A stretch of DNA of 64,000 bases. Origin: Bacillota bacterium. GTDB taxonomy: Bacteria > Bacillota > Clostridia > Lachnospirales > Lachnospiraceae. The notes under the pieces are model-generated. The model searched no databases. It was not told where the DNA came from and was given only the letters and a program-made list of their open reading frames with translations. The stretch spans positions 24,195-88,194 of the forward strand of contig JAEZJV010000086.1 of assembly GCA_023415635.1 (NCBI GenBank). Reading direction: 5' to 3'. The position numbers were made by a program, and so were the translations under genes. This document shows, piece by piece, positions 29,783-39,108 of this stretch (position 1 is its first letter; every line of letters starts with the position of its first letter).

Positions 29783-30676
29783 TTGAGTAATACCTATTAT
29801 GTCGAAACCAGGAATAAAAGCGCAAATAATTCTCTGCAGTTCAGTACCCATACCCAGGTAGCTGTGGGGCCACAGCTGATGTCGCCTGCCCATATCCATA
29901 ATTATATTGAGATTCTGTATGCCTTGTCAGGAAAATATCAGATATTATTAAATAACAAAGAGTACCGCTTCCAGACAGGTGATATGGTTTTAATCAATTC
30001 CAATGAGATCCATCATATCTTTTCCCTAGAGAAAGGAAGTAACGAATATATTGTCATCAAGTTTGAACCGGAAATGCTCTATACCACAGCTCAGTCACTT
30101 TTTGAGATGAAATATGTTATGCCCTTCATCTTAAATGAATCCACTCATCAAAAGGTTTTTTTAAAGTCAGAAATAGATAAGACCTTAATTCCGGAGCTGA
30201 TTAATGGAATTAGTAGCGAGTACGCAGAGAAGAAATACGGATATGAGCTAGCCATTCGGGCAAACATCTATAATCTGTTCTTATTCATCCTAAGAAGATG
30301 GAAGGAGCAGAACATGGACTTGAATATAGATCAGGAAATCAATAAGGATATGGTAGGAAGAATGCAGAAGGTTTTTGATTATATTGAGGAAAATTATCAG
30401 AATGAGATTACTGCCCTTAATATGGCGCAGCTCTGCAATTTAAGCTATAGTTATTTTTCCAGACTTTTCACCGGAATTATGAAAAGGAGCTTCCGGGAAT
30501 ATCTGAATTATGTACGGGTAACCAAGGCGGAAAGGCTGCTGACAAATACCGAATTGAACATTACAGAAATCGCCATGCAGGTGGGCTTCTCCACCTCCAG
30601 TTACTTCATTCAGCAATTTAAACATTTTAAGGACATATCCCCGAAGCAATACCAGCTCAAGTATAAGGCCGGCTAA
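29783..30676 (+). CDS. AraC-family regulator with cupin sensor domain
   Basis: HIHNYIEI cupin; C-terminal double HTH (SYFSRLF...ITEIAMQVGFSTSSYF); TTG start with GGAGGTG. Confidence 0.93.
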   Translation: MSNTYYVETRNKSANNSLQFSTHTQVAVGPQLMSPAHIHNYIEILYALSGKYQILLNNKEYRFQTGDMVLINSNEIHHIFSLEKGSNEYIVIKFEPEMLYTTAQSLFEMKYVMPFILNESTHQKVFLKSEIDKTLIPELINGISSEYAEKKYGYELAIRANIYNLFLFILRRWKEQNMDLNIDQEINKDMVGRMQKVFDYIEENYQNEITALNMAQLCNLSYSYFSRLFTGIMKRSFREYLNYVRVTKAERLLTNTELNITEIAMQVGFSTSSYFIQQFKHFKDISPKQYQLKYKAG

Positions 30677-30793
30677 TCCGTCCGGGAGAGATAATAGTCC
30701 GTCACTGACCGGAACATGATTATCAATGACAATATCACATAGCTCAAACTGCGTAAAATACCACATTAATGATTAATTAAGGAGATTCTTAAC

Positions 30794-31525
30794 ATGAAGA
30801 TTATTCGAACAAGAGATTATCAGGATATGAGCAGAAAATCAGCTAATATTATATCCGCTCAGGTTATTCTGAAGCCAAACAGTGTCTTAGGCTTAGCAAC
30901 CGGTTCTTCTCCCATCGGTACTTATGAGAAACTGGTTGAATGGTGCAATAAGGGCGACGTAGATTTTTCCAATATTAAGACAGTTAATCTGGATGAATAC
31001 CTCGGATTATCCAAGGATAATCCTTGCAGCTATTATTATTTTATGTACGAGAATCTTTTCAAACATATCAATATTAATTTAGAGAACACCTATATTCCGG
31101 ATGGAACTCAGAAGGATGCAGAACTTGAATGTGTGAGATACGATCAACAGCTAGCTGCAGTCGGACAGGTTGATCTTCAGCTTCTCGGCATCGGTAATAA
31201 CGGTCATATCGGCTTCAACGAGCCCTGTGATATCTTCCGGAAATCCACCTTCTGTGTGAAGCTTGCCGAGAGTACAATCGATGCCAATGCACGTTTTTTT
31301 AACTCCCAGGAGGAAATTCCCCGTTATGCGTATACCATGGGGATTGGAAGCATCATGTCTGCAAAGAAGATTCTACTGGTGGTTCATGGTGAGGGTAAGG
31401 CCGACATCCTCCGCGAAACTATTGAGGGACCGATTACACCGCTTGTTCCAGCTTCTGTACTGCAGCTGCATAATGACGTTACAATCGTGGCAGACGAAGG
31501 CGCTTTATCCAAATTAAGCAGATAA
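30794..31525 (+). CDS. nagB: Glucosamine-6-phosphate deaminase
   Basis: LGLATGSSP, NLDEY, LGIGNNGHIGFNEP, PASVLQLH. Confidence 0.96.
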   Translation: MKIIRTRDYQDMSRKSANIISAQVILKPNSVLGLATGSSPIGTYEKLVEWCNKGDVDFSNIKTVNLDEYLGLSKDNPCSYYYFMYENLFKHININLENTYIPDGTQKDAELECVRYDQQLAAVGQVDLQLLGIGNNGHIGFNEPCDIFRKSTFCVKLAESTIDANARFFNSQEEIPRYAYTMGIGSIMSAKKILLVVHGEGKADILRETIEGPITPLVPASVLQLHNDVTIVADEGALSKLSR

Positions 31526-31572
31526 CACTCTTTATTCTTAAATAAACCTACATTCAGAAAGGGAAACACCAT

Positions 31573-32691
31573 ATGCGTATAAAAAATGCTATTGTATATA
31601 CAGAAGACGGAAGCCTGTTAAAAAAGGATATCTATATCCGGGGTGACCGTTTCATAACGGAAGAAGAAGCAGCAAGCGAAGATTTCATTCTTGATGCAGA
31701 GGGTATGTATCTTATTCCTGGCCTGACAGACCTACATATCCACGGCTGTGTCGGCTATGATTTCTGTGACGGTACCAAGGAAGCAATTGAGGCTATAGCA
31801 GAATATGAGGCACAAAATGGCATCACAACTCTCTGCCCTGCAACCATGACTCTAGATGATGATGCCTTATCCGGGATTTTTTCTGCAGCCTCAGCATATC
31901 AAAGTGAAAAGGGAGCAGCCTTGGTGGGTATCAATATGGAGGGCCCTTATTTTTCTTATGAGAAAAGGGGAGCCCAGAATCCTGACTACCTCAGACTTCC
32001 GAATGCAGAGCATTTCCGTAGAATGCAAAAGCTTTCTAATGGTATGATCAAGCTGGTCGATGTTGCTCCGGAGTTAGAAGGCGCTATGGAATTTATTCAA
32101 GAGCTCAAGGATGAGGTAGTTATCTCCCTTGCCCATACGACAGCTGATTATGATACTGCGGTGGAGGCATATCAAAAGGGTGCCTCACACCTGACACATA
32201 TTTATAACGGCATGCCTCCTTTTTCCCATCGTAGTCCCGGCGTTATCGGTGCAGCGCTTGATTCTCCACACTGCCATGTCGAGATGATTGTCGATGGTGT
32301 ACACATCGACCCAAGTGTTGTGCGAGCCACCTTTCAGATGTTTGGGGATGATCGCATCATTCTGATCAGCGACAGCATGATGGCAACCGGTCTGAAGGAA
32401 GGTCAATATTCCCTAGGTGGTCAGACAGTTACCGTAACCGGCAGTAAGGCAGCTCTTGCAGACGGAACCATCGCTGGCTCTACCACCAATCTGATGAAAT
32501 GTCTCCAGACCGCCATCAGCTTCGGTATTCCCTTTCCTTCAGCAGTCAAATGTGCAGCCGTGAACCCCGCAAAGGAAATCGGTATTTATGGCGAGTATGG
32601 CAGCATCACACCCGGAAAAATCGCCAACCTGGTACTCCTGGATCAGAAATATCAGGTGAAGAAAGTAATACTAAAAGGAAATATCCTATAA
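31573..32691 (+). CDS. nagA: N-acetylglucosamine-6-phosphate deacetylase
   Basis: PGLTDLHIHG, MEGPY, AHT, THIYNGM, DGVH, ISDSM, IAGS, NPA. Confidence 0.95.
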   Translation: MRIKNAIVYTEDGSLLKKDIYIRGDRFITEEEAASEDFILDAEGMYLIPGLTDLHIHGCVGYDFCDGTKEAIEAIAEYEAQNGITTLCPATMTLDDDALSGIFSAASAYQSEKGAALVGINMEGPYFSYEKRGAQNPDYLRLPNAEHFRRMQKLSNGMIKLVDVAPELEGAMEFIQELKDEVVISLAHTTADYDTAVEAYQKGASHLTHIYNGMPPFSHRSPGVIGAALDSPHCHVEMIVDGVHIDPSVVRATFQMFGDDRIILISDSMMATGLKEGQYSLGGQTVTVTGSKAALADGTIAGSTTNLMKCLQTAISFGIPFPSAVKCAAVNPAKEIGIYGEYGSITPGKIANLVLLDQKYQVKKVILKGNIL

Positions 32692-32752
32692 TATGCTCCC
32701 ATTGAAAAAAGCAGCACCTAACTAAAGCTTCAGATATAATCAGCCGGATAAG

Positions 32753-32802
32753 GGAAGCAGGAATACCTCGGAAAGTTTACTTTCCAGAGGCTTCCTGCTT
32801 CC
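32753..32802. terminator. Long stem-loop between convergent nagA and CotH-like genes
   Basis: GGAAGCAGGAA..CCTC.GGAAAGT-TT-ACTTTCC.GAGG.TTCCTGCTTCC. Confidence 0.6.
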
Positions 32803-32882
32803 TGTTATAATGCCAACTTTGCTGCTGTGACCTTTTGCCTTATGAATCAGCGCTTACCAGCTGTATCTTATCTTCTCAACTC

Positions 32883-34838
32883 TCACTTCAGAATACAGCT
32901 TACCTCAACCTTACCGCCTTTGACATTTGCAGCGGTTACAATAAGCTCTTCTGCTTCTGTTTTTTCTCCATTTACCAGCCAATAATCCAGTTGTTTTCCT
33001 TCGGATAAAACAGCTGATATTGTCGTCGGGAAATCCTCATAATAGCGCCCTGTAAAGCTCTCGTCCGTAGCAAAGGAATTCACCTTAAGCTTTGTACCCT
33101 CTACAGGCTTTACCGTCAGGGTATAGAGGGTGCCGAGTCCAAAGTACTCCTGATATTGCGTCAGTATATGCTCCCCGCGTTGCCCGATATAATCCTTTAA
33201 CACTTTCATTTGATAATCCAGCTGGTTCGGCTGAACCCAATCCTCTAACAGCCCTTTTCCATAGGTATGAGATAATTCGTTAATTCGAAGGTTATGCATC
33301 GCCTCCAGCTGACGGTTAAAATATTCGGGGGCAAAGATTCCGTTTATGAGATCCGTCGTCTTTCGGATAAAGATTTCTCTGCAATCCTGTCGTCTCATCA
33401 GCTGTCCGAATAACGGACACTTTTCTCTGGTCTCCCCATTCTTCCCAACATAATTCTCAATAGTATTTAGCAGTGGACCGGTTCGCTCCGGTTCATAAAT
33501 CCCCGTACTAAAGTCAAGATCATGGAGCAGATAACGCCATCTACCGTCAAAGGGTGCTTCCCTGTAATTCTCTTTATCTGCCGCATAATAACGGTAGCAT
33601 TTATAATTATTGTGCGGCCAGTCACCATTTCCGATATAAATTTGGAAAGCAAAGTATTCCAGATAATTTTTTACATCTATCAGTTCACAAAGCTTCTGAT
33701 AATTCTGATTATCCGTCAGATCCAGCTTCGCATAGGTACCATACATTTTCTGATATTCCTCTACAATCAAAGCATTCTTCCCGTCTGAATCAATATCTTT
33801 GAATGCGTCACCGCCCTCTAATATCTCAAATTCACCTTGATAATCTCCATAATTTTCCTCAAAATACTCATCACCATAGACCTCATGCAGCCAGAAAAAG
33901 CCGCGGTAATCTCCATTGAGATACATCACAGCCGGACGGACTGCCTGATAATCCTGATATTCCGTCTGACCTGCAAGGGTCTGAAACAACTCATCTCTCA
34001 GAAAAGCAAATCCGTTATCGTTGCCGCAGTTACGAAGTACCAGCTGCTTAAAGCTATCCTGTATGTTACCGCTGCCGTTCGCTGCTGTTTTTGTCGGAAA
34101 GAATTCATATTTTAATTTGCCTTTCCCATATTCTTTTCGGGCGAATATTTTGATGGACTTTTGAGCTCTTGCCCTGGACCATCCACCATAGGTACGAATC
34201 CCTGCATTCTGTGCAGCTATCCTTGTTCCGTCAGGCTCAAGGATTTCAAGATAAACCTCTCGTTCGCTTTCCCTCCCACGCATATTAAAATTTGCCGGAT
34301 CATTTGGTTTTATTTCTTTTCTTGGATTATTCTTTATCCATTCATCCCGCAGCCTTCCTTCCACAAAAATTCCGTAATCATAATCAAAAAGATTATACGG
34401 ATCTGTAGTCACCGAAAAGATCAGGGTATCATATCTTGTGCCTATATCCTTACCCACAAAATAGGTATGTACGATTGTTTCTGATACCTTCCCATCCTCA
34501 AAATAGGCCTTTGCCTTGATACTGGCTGCCTTGGTTTCCGTTTCTGCCTTCAGCTTTATCGGCTTCTTATAGACCTTTGACTCTTGATCGGGCTCGGAGC
34601 CGTCAATCGTATAATAGATGGTTCCTGGGGCACTGCTTATAATTTCCAGTGACAGGTCCTCCCTATAGAAATAACCCTCCTCCGAAAAAGCAATCTCATT
34701 TCCCATAGATAATTCTATCTTTTCTGAAGCTTCCTCCGGCTTATCATACTTCTTGTTCGAATACGGTTCTTCACAGGCAACAAGGCAAAGTATGCATATC
34801 AAGCCGAACCACCATAGTAACAGCTTCTTAACACTCAT
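32883..34838 (-). CDS. CotH-family kinase lipoprotein with an N-terminal chitobiase/FN3-associated domain
   Basis: Lipobox LVAC; IYYTIDGSEP domain; GIRTYGGWSR, KSIKI, LVLRN, DWPHNN, WRYLLHDLD. Confidence 0.85.
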   Translation of the reverse strand: MSVKKLLLWWFGLICILCLVACEEPYSNKKYDKPEEASEKIELSMGNEIAFSEEGYFYREDLSLEIISSAPGTIYYTIDGSEPDQESKVYKKPIKLKAETETKAASIKAKAYFEDGKVSETIVHTYFVGKDIGTRYDTLIFSVTTDPYNLFDYDYGIFVEGRLRDEWIKNNPRKEIKPNDPANFNMRGRESEREVYLEILEPDGTRIAAQNAGIRTYGGWSRARAQKSIKIFARKEYGKGKLKYEFFPTKTAANGSGNIQDSFKQLVLRNCGNDNGFAFLRDELFQTLAGQTEYQDYQAVRPAVMYLNGDYRGFFWLHEVYGDEYFEENYGDYQGEFEILEGGDAFKDIDSDGKNALIVEEYQKMYGTYAKLDLTDNQNYQKLCELIDVKNYLEYFAFQIYIGNGDWPHNNYKCYRYYAADKENYREAPFDGRWRYLLHDLDFSTGIYEPERTGPLLNTIENYVGKNGETREKCPLFGQLMRRQDCREIFIRKTTDLINGIFAPEYFNRQLEAMHNLRINELSHTYGKGLLEDWVQPNQLDYQMKVLKDYIGQRGEHILTQYQEYFGLGTLYTLTVKPVEGTKLKVNSFATDESFTGRYYEDFPTTISAVLSEGKQLDYWLVNGEKTEAEELIVTAANVKGGKVEVSCILK

Positions 34839-34973
34839 CTCTTCCATCTCCCTAAAAGCAATATAAGCCCGCAAAAGGCTTTGCAATTATATCAATATAG
34901 GCTCATCATAGCACGAAATATATGAATTGCATATGTAGTTTCCACAATTATTTTTGCCTTATTTACGATATTC

Positions 34974-34985
34974 GGACAAATGTCC
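34974..34985. promoter_or_regulatory. Palindromic operator, probable site for the adjacent Crp/Fnr regulator
   Basis: GGACA-AA-TGTCC, centred about -41.5 relative to a TATAAT at 35009-35014. Confidence 0.6.
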
Positions 34986-35067
34986 TTTTTCATAAACGAA
35001 ATTCTTTCTATAATGTTTTCGTAGTTTTGTTTTATATGCCGTACCCCACGGCAGAAGGGAGATAACT

Positions 35068-35742
35068 ATGATGAAAATAAATATGACAAAAATAGCAGGT
35101 GCTCTGATCGGTATACTCCTCATCGGCTTTGGTGTCGCCTGGAATTCTGCCAATGGTCTCGGAAACGATCCAATCGGCTTAGTATATGATGGAATGAGAA
35201 ATACCTTAAGCTTAACCCCCGGTCAGCTTGGAATGGTATCTAATATAATAAATCTTGTCCTGATATCGCTGCTGTTCATAATAGGTCGTAACTATGTAAA
35301 TCTCGGAACAGTGATTTATATTCTTCCTTATGGTTTAAGTGTAAGCTTGGGTTCCCGACTCTATGAGGCACTGCAAATCAATACTCCGGCCGGACATTTC
35401 GGTGCGGCTTTCGCAGGCTGTCTTTTCATCTATCTCGGGGTCGCAATTTATATTACAGTAGATATCGGTCTTGACCCCTTTACCGGAATTATCATGGTAC
35501 TGCGCGATAAGCTGAAACAGGATTTTAAGAGGGTAAAAATCGCCTTTGATATTTCTATGATAATCCTAGGATCATTACTTGGAGGGACCCTTGGAATCAT
35601 TACTATCCTGACGGCATTGTCAGCAGGCCCTTGCATTCAATGGTTTGCCTCCGGTATGGCCTCATTCCTTCAATATATGGATAACCGCTCCTTACACAAG
35701 AAAGATAATAACGAAACACAGGAATATTGCAGTGAATGCTGA
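35068..35742 (+). CDS. YczE/YyaS/YitT-family membrane protein
   Basis: GLGNDP and GLDP repeats, about 6 TMs, LGGTLGIITI...GP.IQ.F. Confidence 0.88.
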   Translation: MMKINMTKIAGALIGILLIGFGVAWNSANGLGNDPIGLVYDGMRNTLSLTPGQLGMVSNIINLVLISLLFIIGRNYVNLGTVIYILPYGLSVSLGSRLYEALQINTPAGHFGAAFAGCLFIYLGVAIYITVDIGLDPFTGIIMVLRDKLKQDFKRVKIAFDISMIILGSLLGGTLGIITILTALSAGPCIQWFASGMASFLQYMDNRSLHKKDNNETQEYCSEC

Positions 35743-35758
35743 AAAATAAACACAGCTT

Positions 35759-35787
35759 TTGACATTCTCTCAGGGTTATACTATGAT
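35759..35787 (+). promoter_or_regulatory. Sigma-A promoter of the Crp/Fnr gene
   Basis: TTGACA-N17-TATGAT. Confidence 0.7.
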
Positions 35788-35825
35788 GTTAGTATAGCTA
35801 CAGAAAGTATGGAGTTAAAAGGAGA

Positions 35826-36569
35826 ATGTTAGAATATATGGGAAACGTGGGAGAAAACAGACTTTTGCTATCAGAACTGTTAGACCGTCTGGAGGGAGAA
35901 CCGCTAGAATACCTTCAAAAATACTTTAATAACGCACCCGACTGGGTAATAGAAGCTTTGGTTATTACCAATTTTCAGAAGGAAACAGAGTTTATTCGGG
36001 AAGAAGCTGTCGTGGACATGATCTATATTCTTGCTGAGGGGATCGTGAAAGCCATTGATTATCGATTTCTTGGTAATTCCTATAGCTATATGTGGTTCTA
36101 TCCAGTTAAAAGCTTCGGTGGAATGGAGATACTTCTTGAGCTGGATCGCTACCAGACAACCTTATCCACAGTTACCCCTTGTACTATGCTGGTTATCCCC
36201 AGAAGCATCTTTGAGCGCTGGATAAAAAGTGATATGAGCATTCTCTCCATGGAGGTAAAGACGATGGGCACCTTCCTTCTGGAGGAGGTTAAACGGGAAC
36301 GAGTATTTCTCTTTATGGAGGGCAATGAGCGTCTGAGCTATACGTTAATGCGTATATACGAGCACACTGAGAACAATCAATGCTGTACAGTGCGTCTGTC
36401 TCAACAGGATCTTGCCGATAGTACAGGCCTTTCCTCAAAAACCATTAGTCGCTCTCTGAGGGAGCTTGAGAATCAAAAACTAATTAAGCGCTCCGGAAAC
36501 AAAATTATTCTGGAGGAAGACGGTTATAAGCGGATGAAAGAGCTGCTCAGACAAAAGTCGGATATATAA
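35826..36569 (+). CDS. Crp/Fnr-family transcriptional regulator
   Basis: cNMP-like beta-roll (IYILAEG.V, FGGME) and C-terminal HTH LSQQDLADSTGLSSKTISR. Confidence 0.9.
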   Translation: MLEYMGNVGENRLLLSELLDRLEGEPLEYLQKYFNNAPDWVIEALVITNFQKETEFIREEAVVDMIYILAEGIVKAIDYRFLGNSYSYMWFYPVKSFGGMEILLELDRYQTTLSTVTPCTMLVIPRSIFERWIKSDMSILSMEVKTMGTFLLEEVKRERVFLFMEGNERLSYTLMRIYEHTENNQCCTVRLSQQDLADSTGLSSKTISRSLRELENQKLIKRSGNKIILEEDGYKRMKELLRQKSDI

Positions 36570-36725
36570 GAAAAATGTAGTATGAATTACTTTCAAGGAA
36601 GGATCCAGCAGGCCGGATATAATCCGCTTGTGAGGTCCTTCTTTTATTCTTTGAATATACAGTCCTGTGTTTATGAATAAAGGCGCTGTCGGGAAAAAAA
36701 TACATTATTTCCATTATATAAAAAT

Positions 36726-36760
36726 ATACCTTGACAGGCGAGGTATCTATCGTATATAAT
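36726..36760 (+). promoter_or_regulatory. Sigma-A promoter with overlapping palindrome (probable PadR operator)
   Basis: TTGACA-N18-TATAAT; ATACCTTG-N5-CGAGGTAT (36726-36746) covers the -35. Confidence 0.7.
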
Positions 36761-36786
36761 GTAACCAACGAAGGGAGGTACCTTAC

Positions 36787-37110
36787 ATGTCAATAACTTC
36801 AGATGTTATACGTGGCCATACGGAGCCGATCATTCTGTCTCATCTCTTGGAGAATGACAGCTACGGATATCAGATTAACAAGGAAATTATGGAGAAGACC
36901 CATAATCTTTATGAATTAAAAGAGGCAACGCTCTATACCGCTTTCCGGCGTCTGGAGCAAGCCCATTTGATTACTTCCTATTGGGGAGATCAGGAGGTAG
37001 GTGCCAGACGAAGATATTATACCATCACAGATAAGGGACGTGAGGTATATAAGGAATACAAGAAGGACTGGGAGAACGCAAAAAGCATAATTGATCAATT
37101 ATTAAAGTAA
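36787..37110 (+). CDS. PadR-family transcriptional regulator
   Basis: SYGYQI, LKEATLYTAFRRLE, RRRYYTITDKG. Confidence 0.93.
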   Translation: MSITSDVIRGHTEPIILSHLLENDSYGYQINKEIMEKTHNLYELKEATLYTAFRRLEQAHLITSYWGDQEVGARRRYYTITDKGREVYKEYKKDWENAKSIIDQLLK

Positions 37111-37126
37111 ATGGAGGGGAAGTATA

Positions 37127-37810
37127 ATGAATGAGAGATTGAGAACTCACATTGAAACGCTGTTCGAAAAAGCTCCTAAGACCAGAAAGGCATATGAGCT
37201 GAAGGAAGAATTATTGGCCAATTCAGAAGAACGCTATCAGGATTTGGTGGCCAGCGGAGTATCTCAGGAGGATGCCTTTAAGCATGTGGTAAGCTCTGTT
37301 GGTAATGTCTCAGAGCTGTTTCAGGGTCTGGAGGAGCTCAATGAAAAGGATCGGGTTGAGATTGAAGAACGACTGAATAAGAATGCTGTTATTAAATCCA
37401 TCGCCATTGGTTTGTATATCTTTGGTGTCGTTGTATTCTTCGCCTGTTCCTTCACCGGAGGAAGGATTCTGCCTAGGATTGATTCGACAACTATGGGATT
37501 ATTGTTGATGCTGCTGATCGACATCATCCCCACCTGTATGTTGATCTATATCAGTACCAGATATCCGAAATACATGCGAAAGGAAGATACCATCGTGGAG
37601 GAATTTAAAGAATGGAAAAGTGATACCATAAAAAATAAGTCAGTTAAAAATGCAGCCCTCGTCGTACTATGGACCTTTATCCTATTAATATATTTCGCAG
37701 TAAGCTTCTTTACCTATGCATGGTATGCAACCTGGATTATTTTTCTTGCAGGTGCCTGCCTGCATGCAATTCTTGAACTGTTATTCCGTTTAAAGGAGAT
37801 TAAAAAATGA
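37127..37810 (+). CDS. Permease-prefix-domain membrane protein
   Basis: N-terminal IETLF...ELKEEL...ERYQDL..G.SQEDAF helical domain plus 4 TMs; typical partner of PadR genes. Confidence 0.8.
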   Translation: MNERLRTHIETLFEKAPKTRKAYELKEELLANSEERYQDLVASGVSQEDAFKHVVSSVGNVSELFQGLEELNEKDRVEIEERLNKNAVIKSIAIGLYIFGVVVFFACSFTGGRILPRIDSTTMGLLLMLLIDIIPTCMLIYISTRYPKYMRKEDTIVEEFKEWKSDTIKNKSVKNAALVVLWTFILLIYFAVSFFTYAWYATWIIFLAGACLHAILELLFRLKEIKK

Positions 37811-38946
37811 GGAAACTAATTATAACCTTGGTCGGAATATTTTCCTTCATTGCACTTGGACTGATCTGTCTCATGGTCGTGGCGGTTACTCGTGGCAATG
37901 CTTGGTTTACAAACGGCTTTCATAACCTGGAGCTCGTTAACGAACAGACCGTTGCTCTCAACGATATTCAAATGATATCAATCGAATACGATGCTGATGA
38001 TGTAGAGTTCTTTGCCAGTAATACCAACGAACTGGTTCTAAAGGAATACATGAATTTTACCCCTGATGAGGATCAGCTTACCCAGATTACTCAGAGCCGC
38101 GGCAGATTAAAATTGGAGGGACAAATCTGGAATGACGTCAATTGGTTTAGTAATACAAATCGAAGAAGCAGGATGGAAATTTATCTCCCGGCGGATTATC
38201 AGGGAGCTCTGGATACTTCAACCTCCAGCGGCAATATCACCAGTGACCTTCTACTAAAGCTTACTGCTCTGAGGCTGAGCGCATCCAGCGGCGATATCAA
38301 TATAAATGAGGTGACCGCAGCCAAAATTGATTTATCCACCTCCAGCGGTAATATCACAATATCAAAAGCTGAAGGTAGCAGAGAGTTTAAAGCCTCCAGC
38401 GGGAGTATTGAAGTTTACGGTGGAGCAGGTGATACTTCTGCCACCAACTCCTCCGGTAACATCACCATTGAGTCTTCTACAGGCCTTCTGGAAGCGGAAG
38501 CTTCCAGCGGAAACATCGTGATCAAGGCTTCCTCCGGAGAGAAGATTCTTAGTACCACCTCTGGAAATATCAAAATCACCGATGCAGACGGGTATACGAA
38601 AGCCTCGGCTTCCAGCGGAACCATCAAAACTGATACCCTTGCAGGTGCCGGTCAATTTAAAACCACCTCGGGAGATATCCGGCTTAATATAGCAGCAGAG
38701 CCCGAAGCTCTCACCAAAGACATTATTATTGCTACTTCCAGCGGAGCAGCAGAGCTATCTATCCCTTCCTCCCTGCAATTTAACTTCAATGCGGATACCT
38801 CTAGCGGGTCCATCAATACCTCGTTTGAAGATATCCTGAGTTTTAGTGATGACGAGAAGCATGCGAAGGGTACCATCGGAGCTGCTCCCAGCATTAATAT
38901 TAAAATTGCGACCAGCAGCGGGGATATCAAAGTCGATCAGCAGTAA
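37807..38946 (+). CDS. DUF4097 beta-strand repeat (putative adhesin) protein
   Basis: N-terminal TM and about 11 repeats of (T/A)SSG(N/D/S)I. Confidence 0.88.
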   Translation: MRKLIITLVGIFSFIALGLICLMVVAVTRGNAWFTNGFHNLELVNEQTVALNDIQMISIEYDADDVEFFASNTNELVLKEYMNFTPDEDQLTQITQSRGRLKLEGQIWNDVNWFSNTNRRSRMEIYLPADYQGALDTSTSSGNITSDLLLKLTALRLSASSGDININEVTAAKIDLSTSSGNITISKAEGSREFKASSGSIEVYGGAGDTSATNSSGNITIESSTGLLEAEASSGNIVIKASSGEKILSTTSGNIKITDADGYTKASASSGTIKTDTLAGAGQFKTTSGDIRLNIAAEPEALTKDIIIATSSGAAELSIPSSLQFNFNADTSSGSINTSFEDILSFSDDEKHAKGTIGAAPSINIKIATSSGDIKVDQQ

Positions 38947-38968
38947 AGAATTGAGATTAAATGGGAAC

Positions 38969-39039
38969 GAAAAAGGAAACAGAATATGTTACTGAGGGGC
39001 ACCTTACCCCCCTCAATAACATATTCTGTTTCCTTTTTC
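38969..39039. repeat. 31-bp inverted repeat (bidirectional terminator or MITE-like relic)
   Basis: GAAAAAGGAAACAGAATATGTTACTGAGGGG / CCCCTCAATAACATATTCTGTTTCCTTTTTC, one mismatch. Confidence 0.8.
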
Positions 39040-39108
39040 TGTTCTCGTATAAAAATTCCTGTAATATCCTACTGAGGGGCTCTTACCCATTCAGCCGGTC
39101 TGATGATT

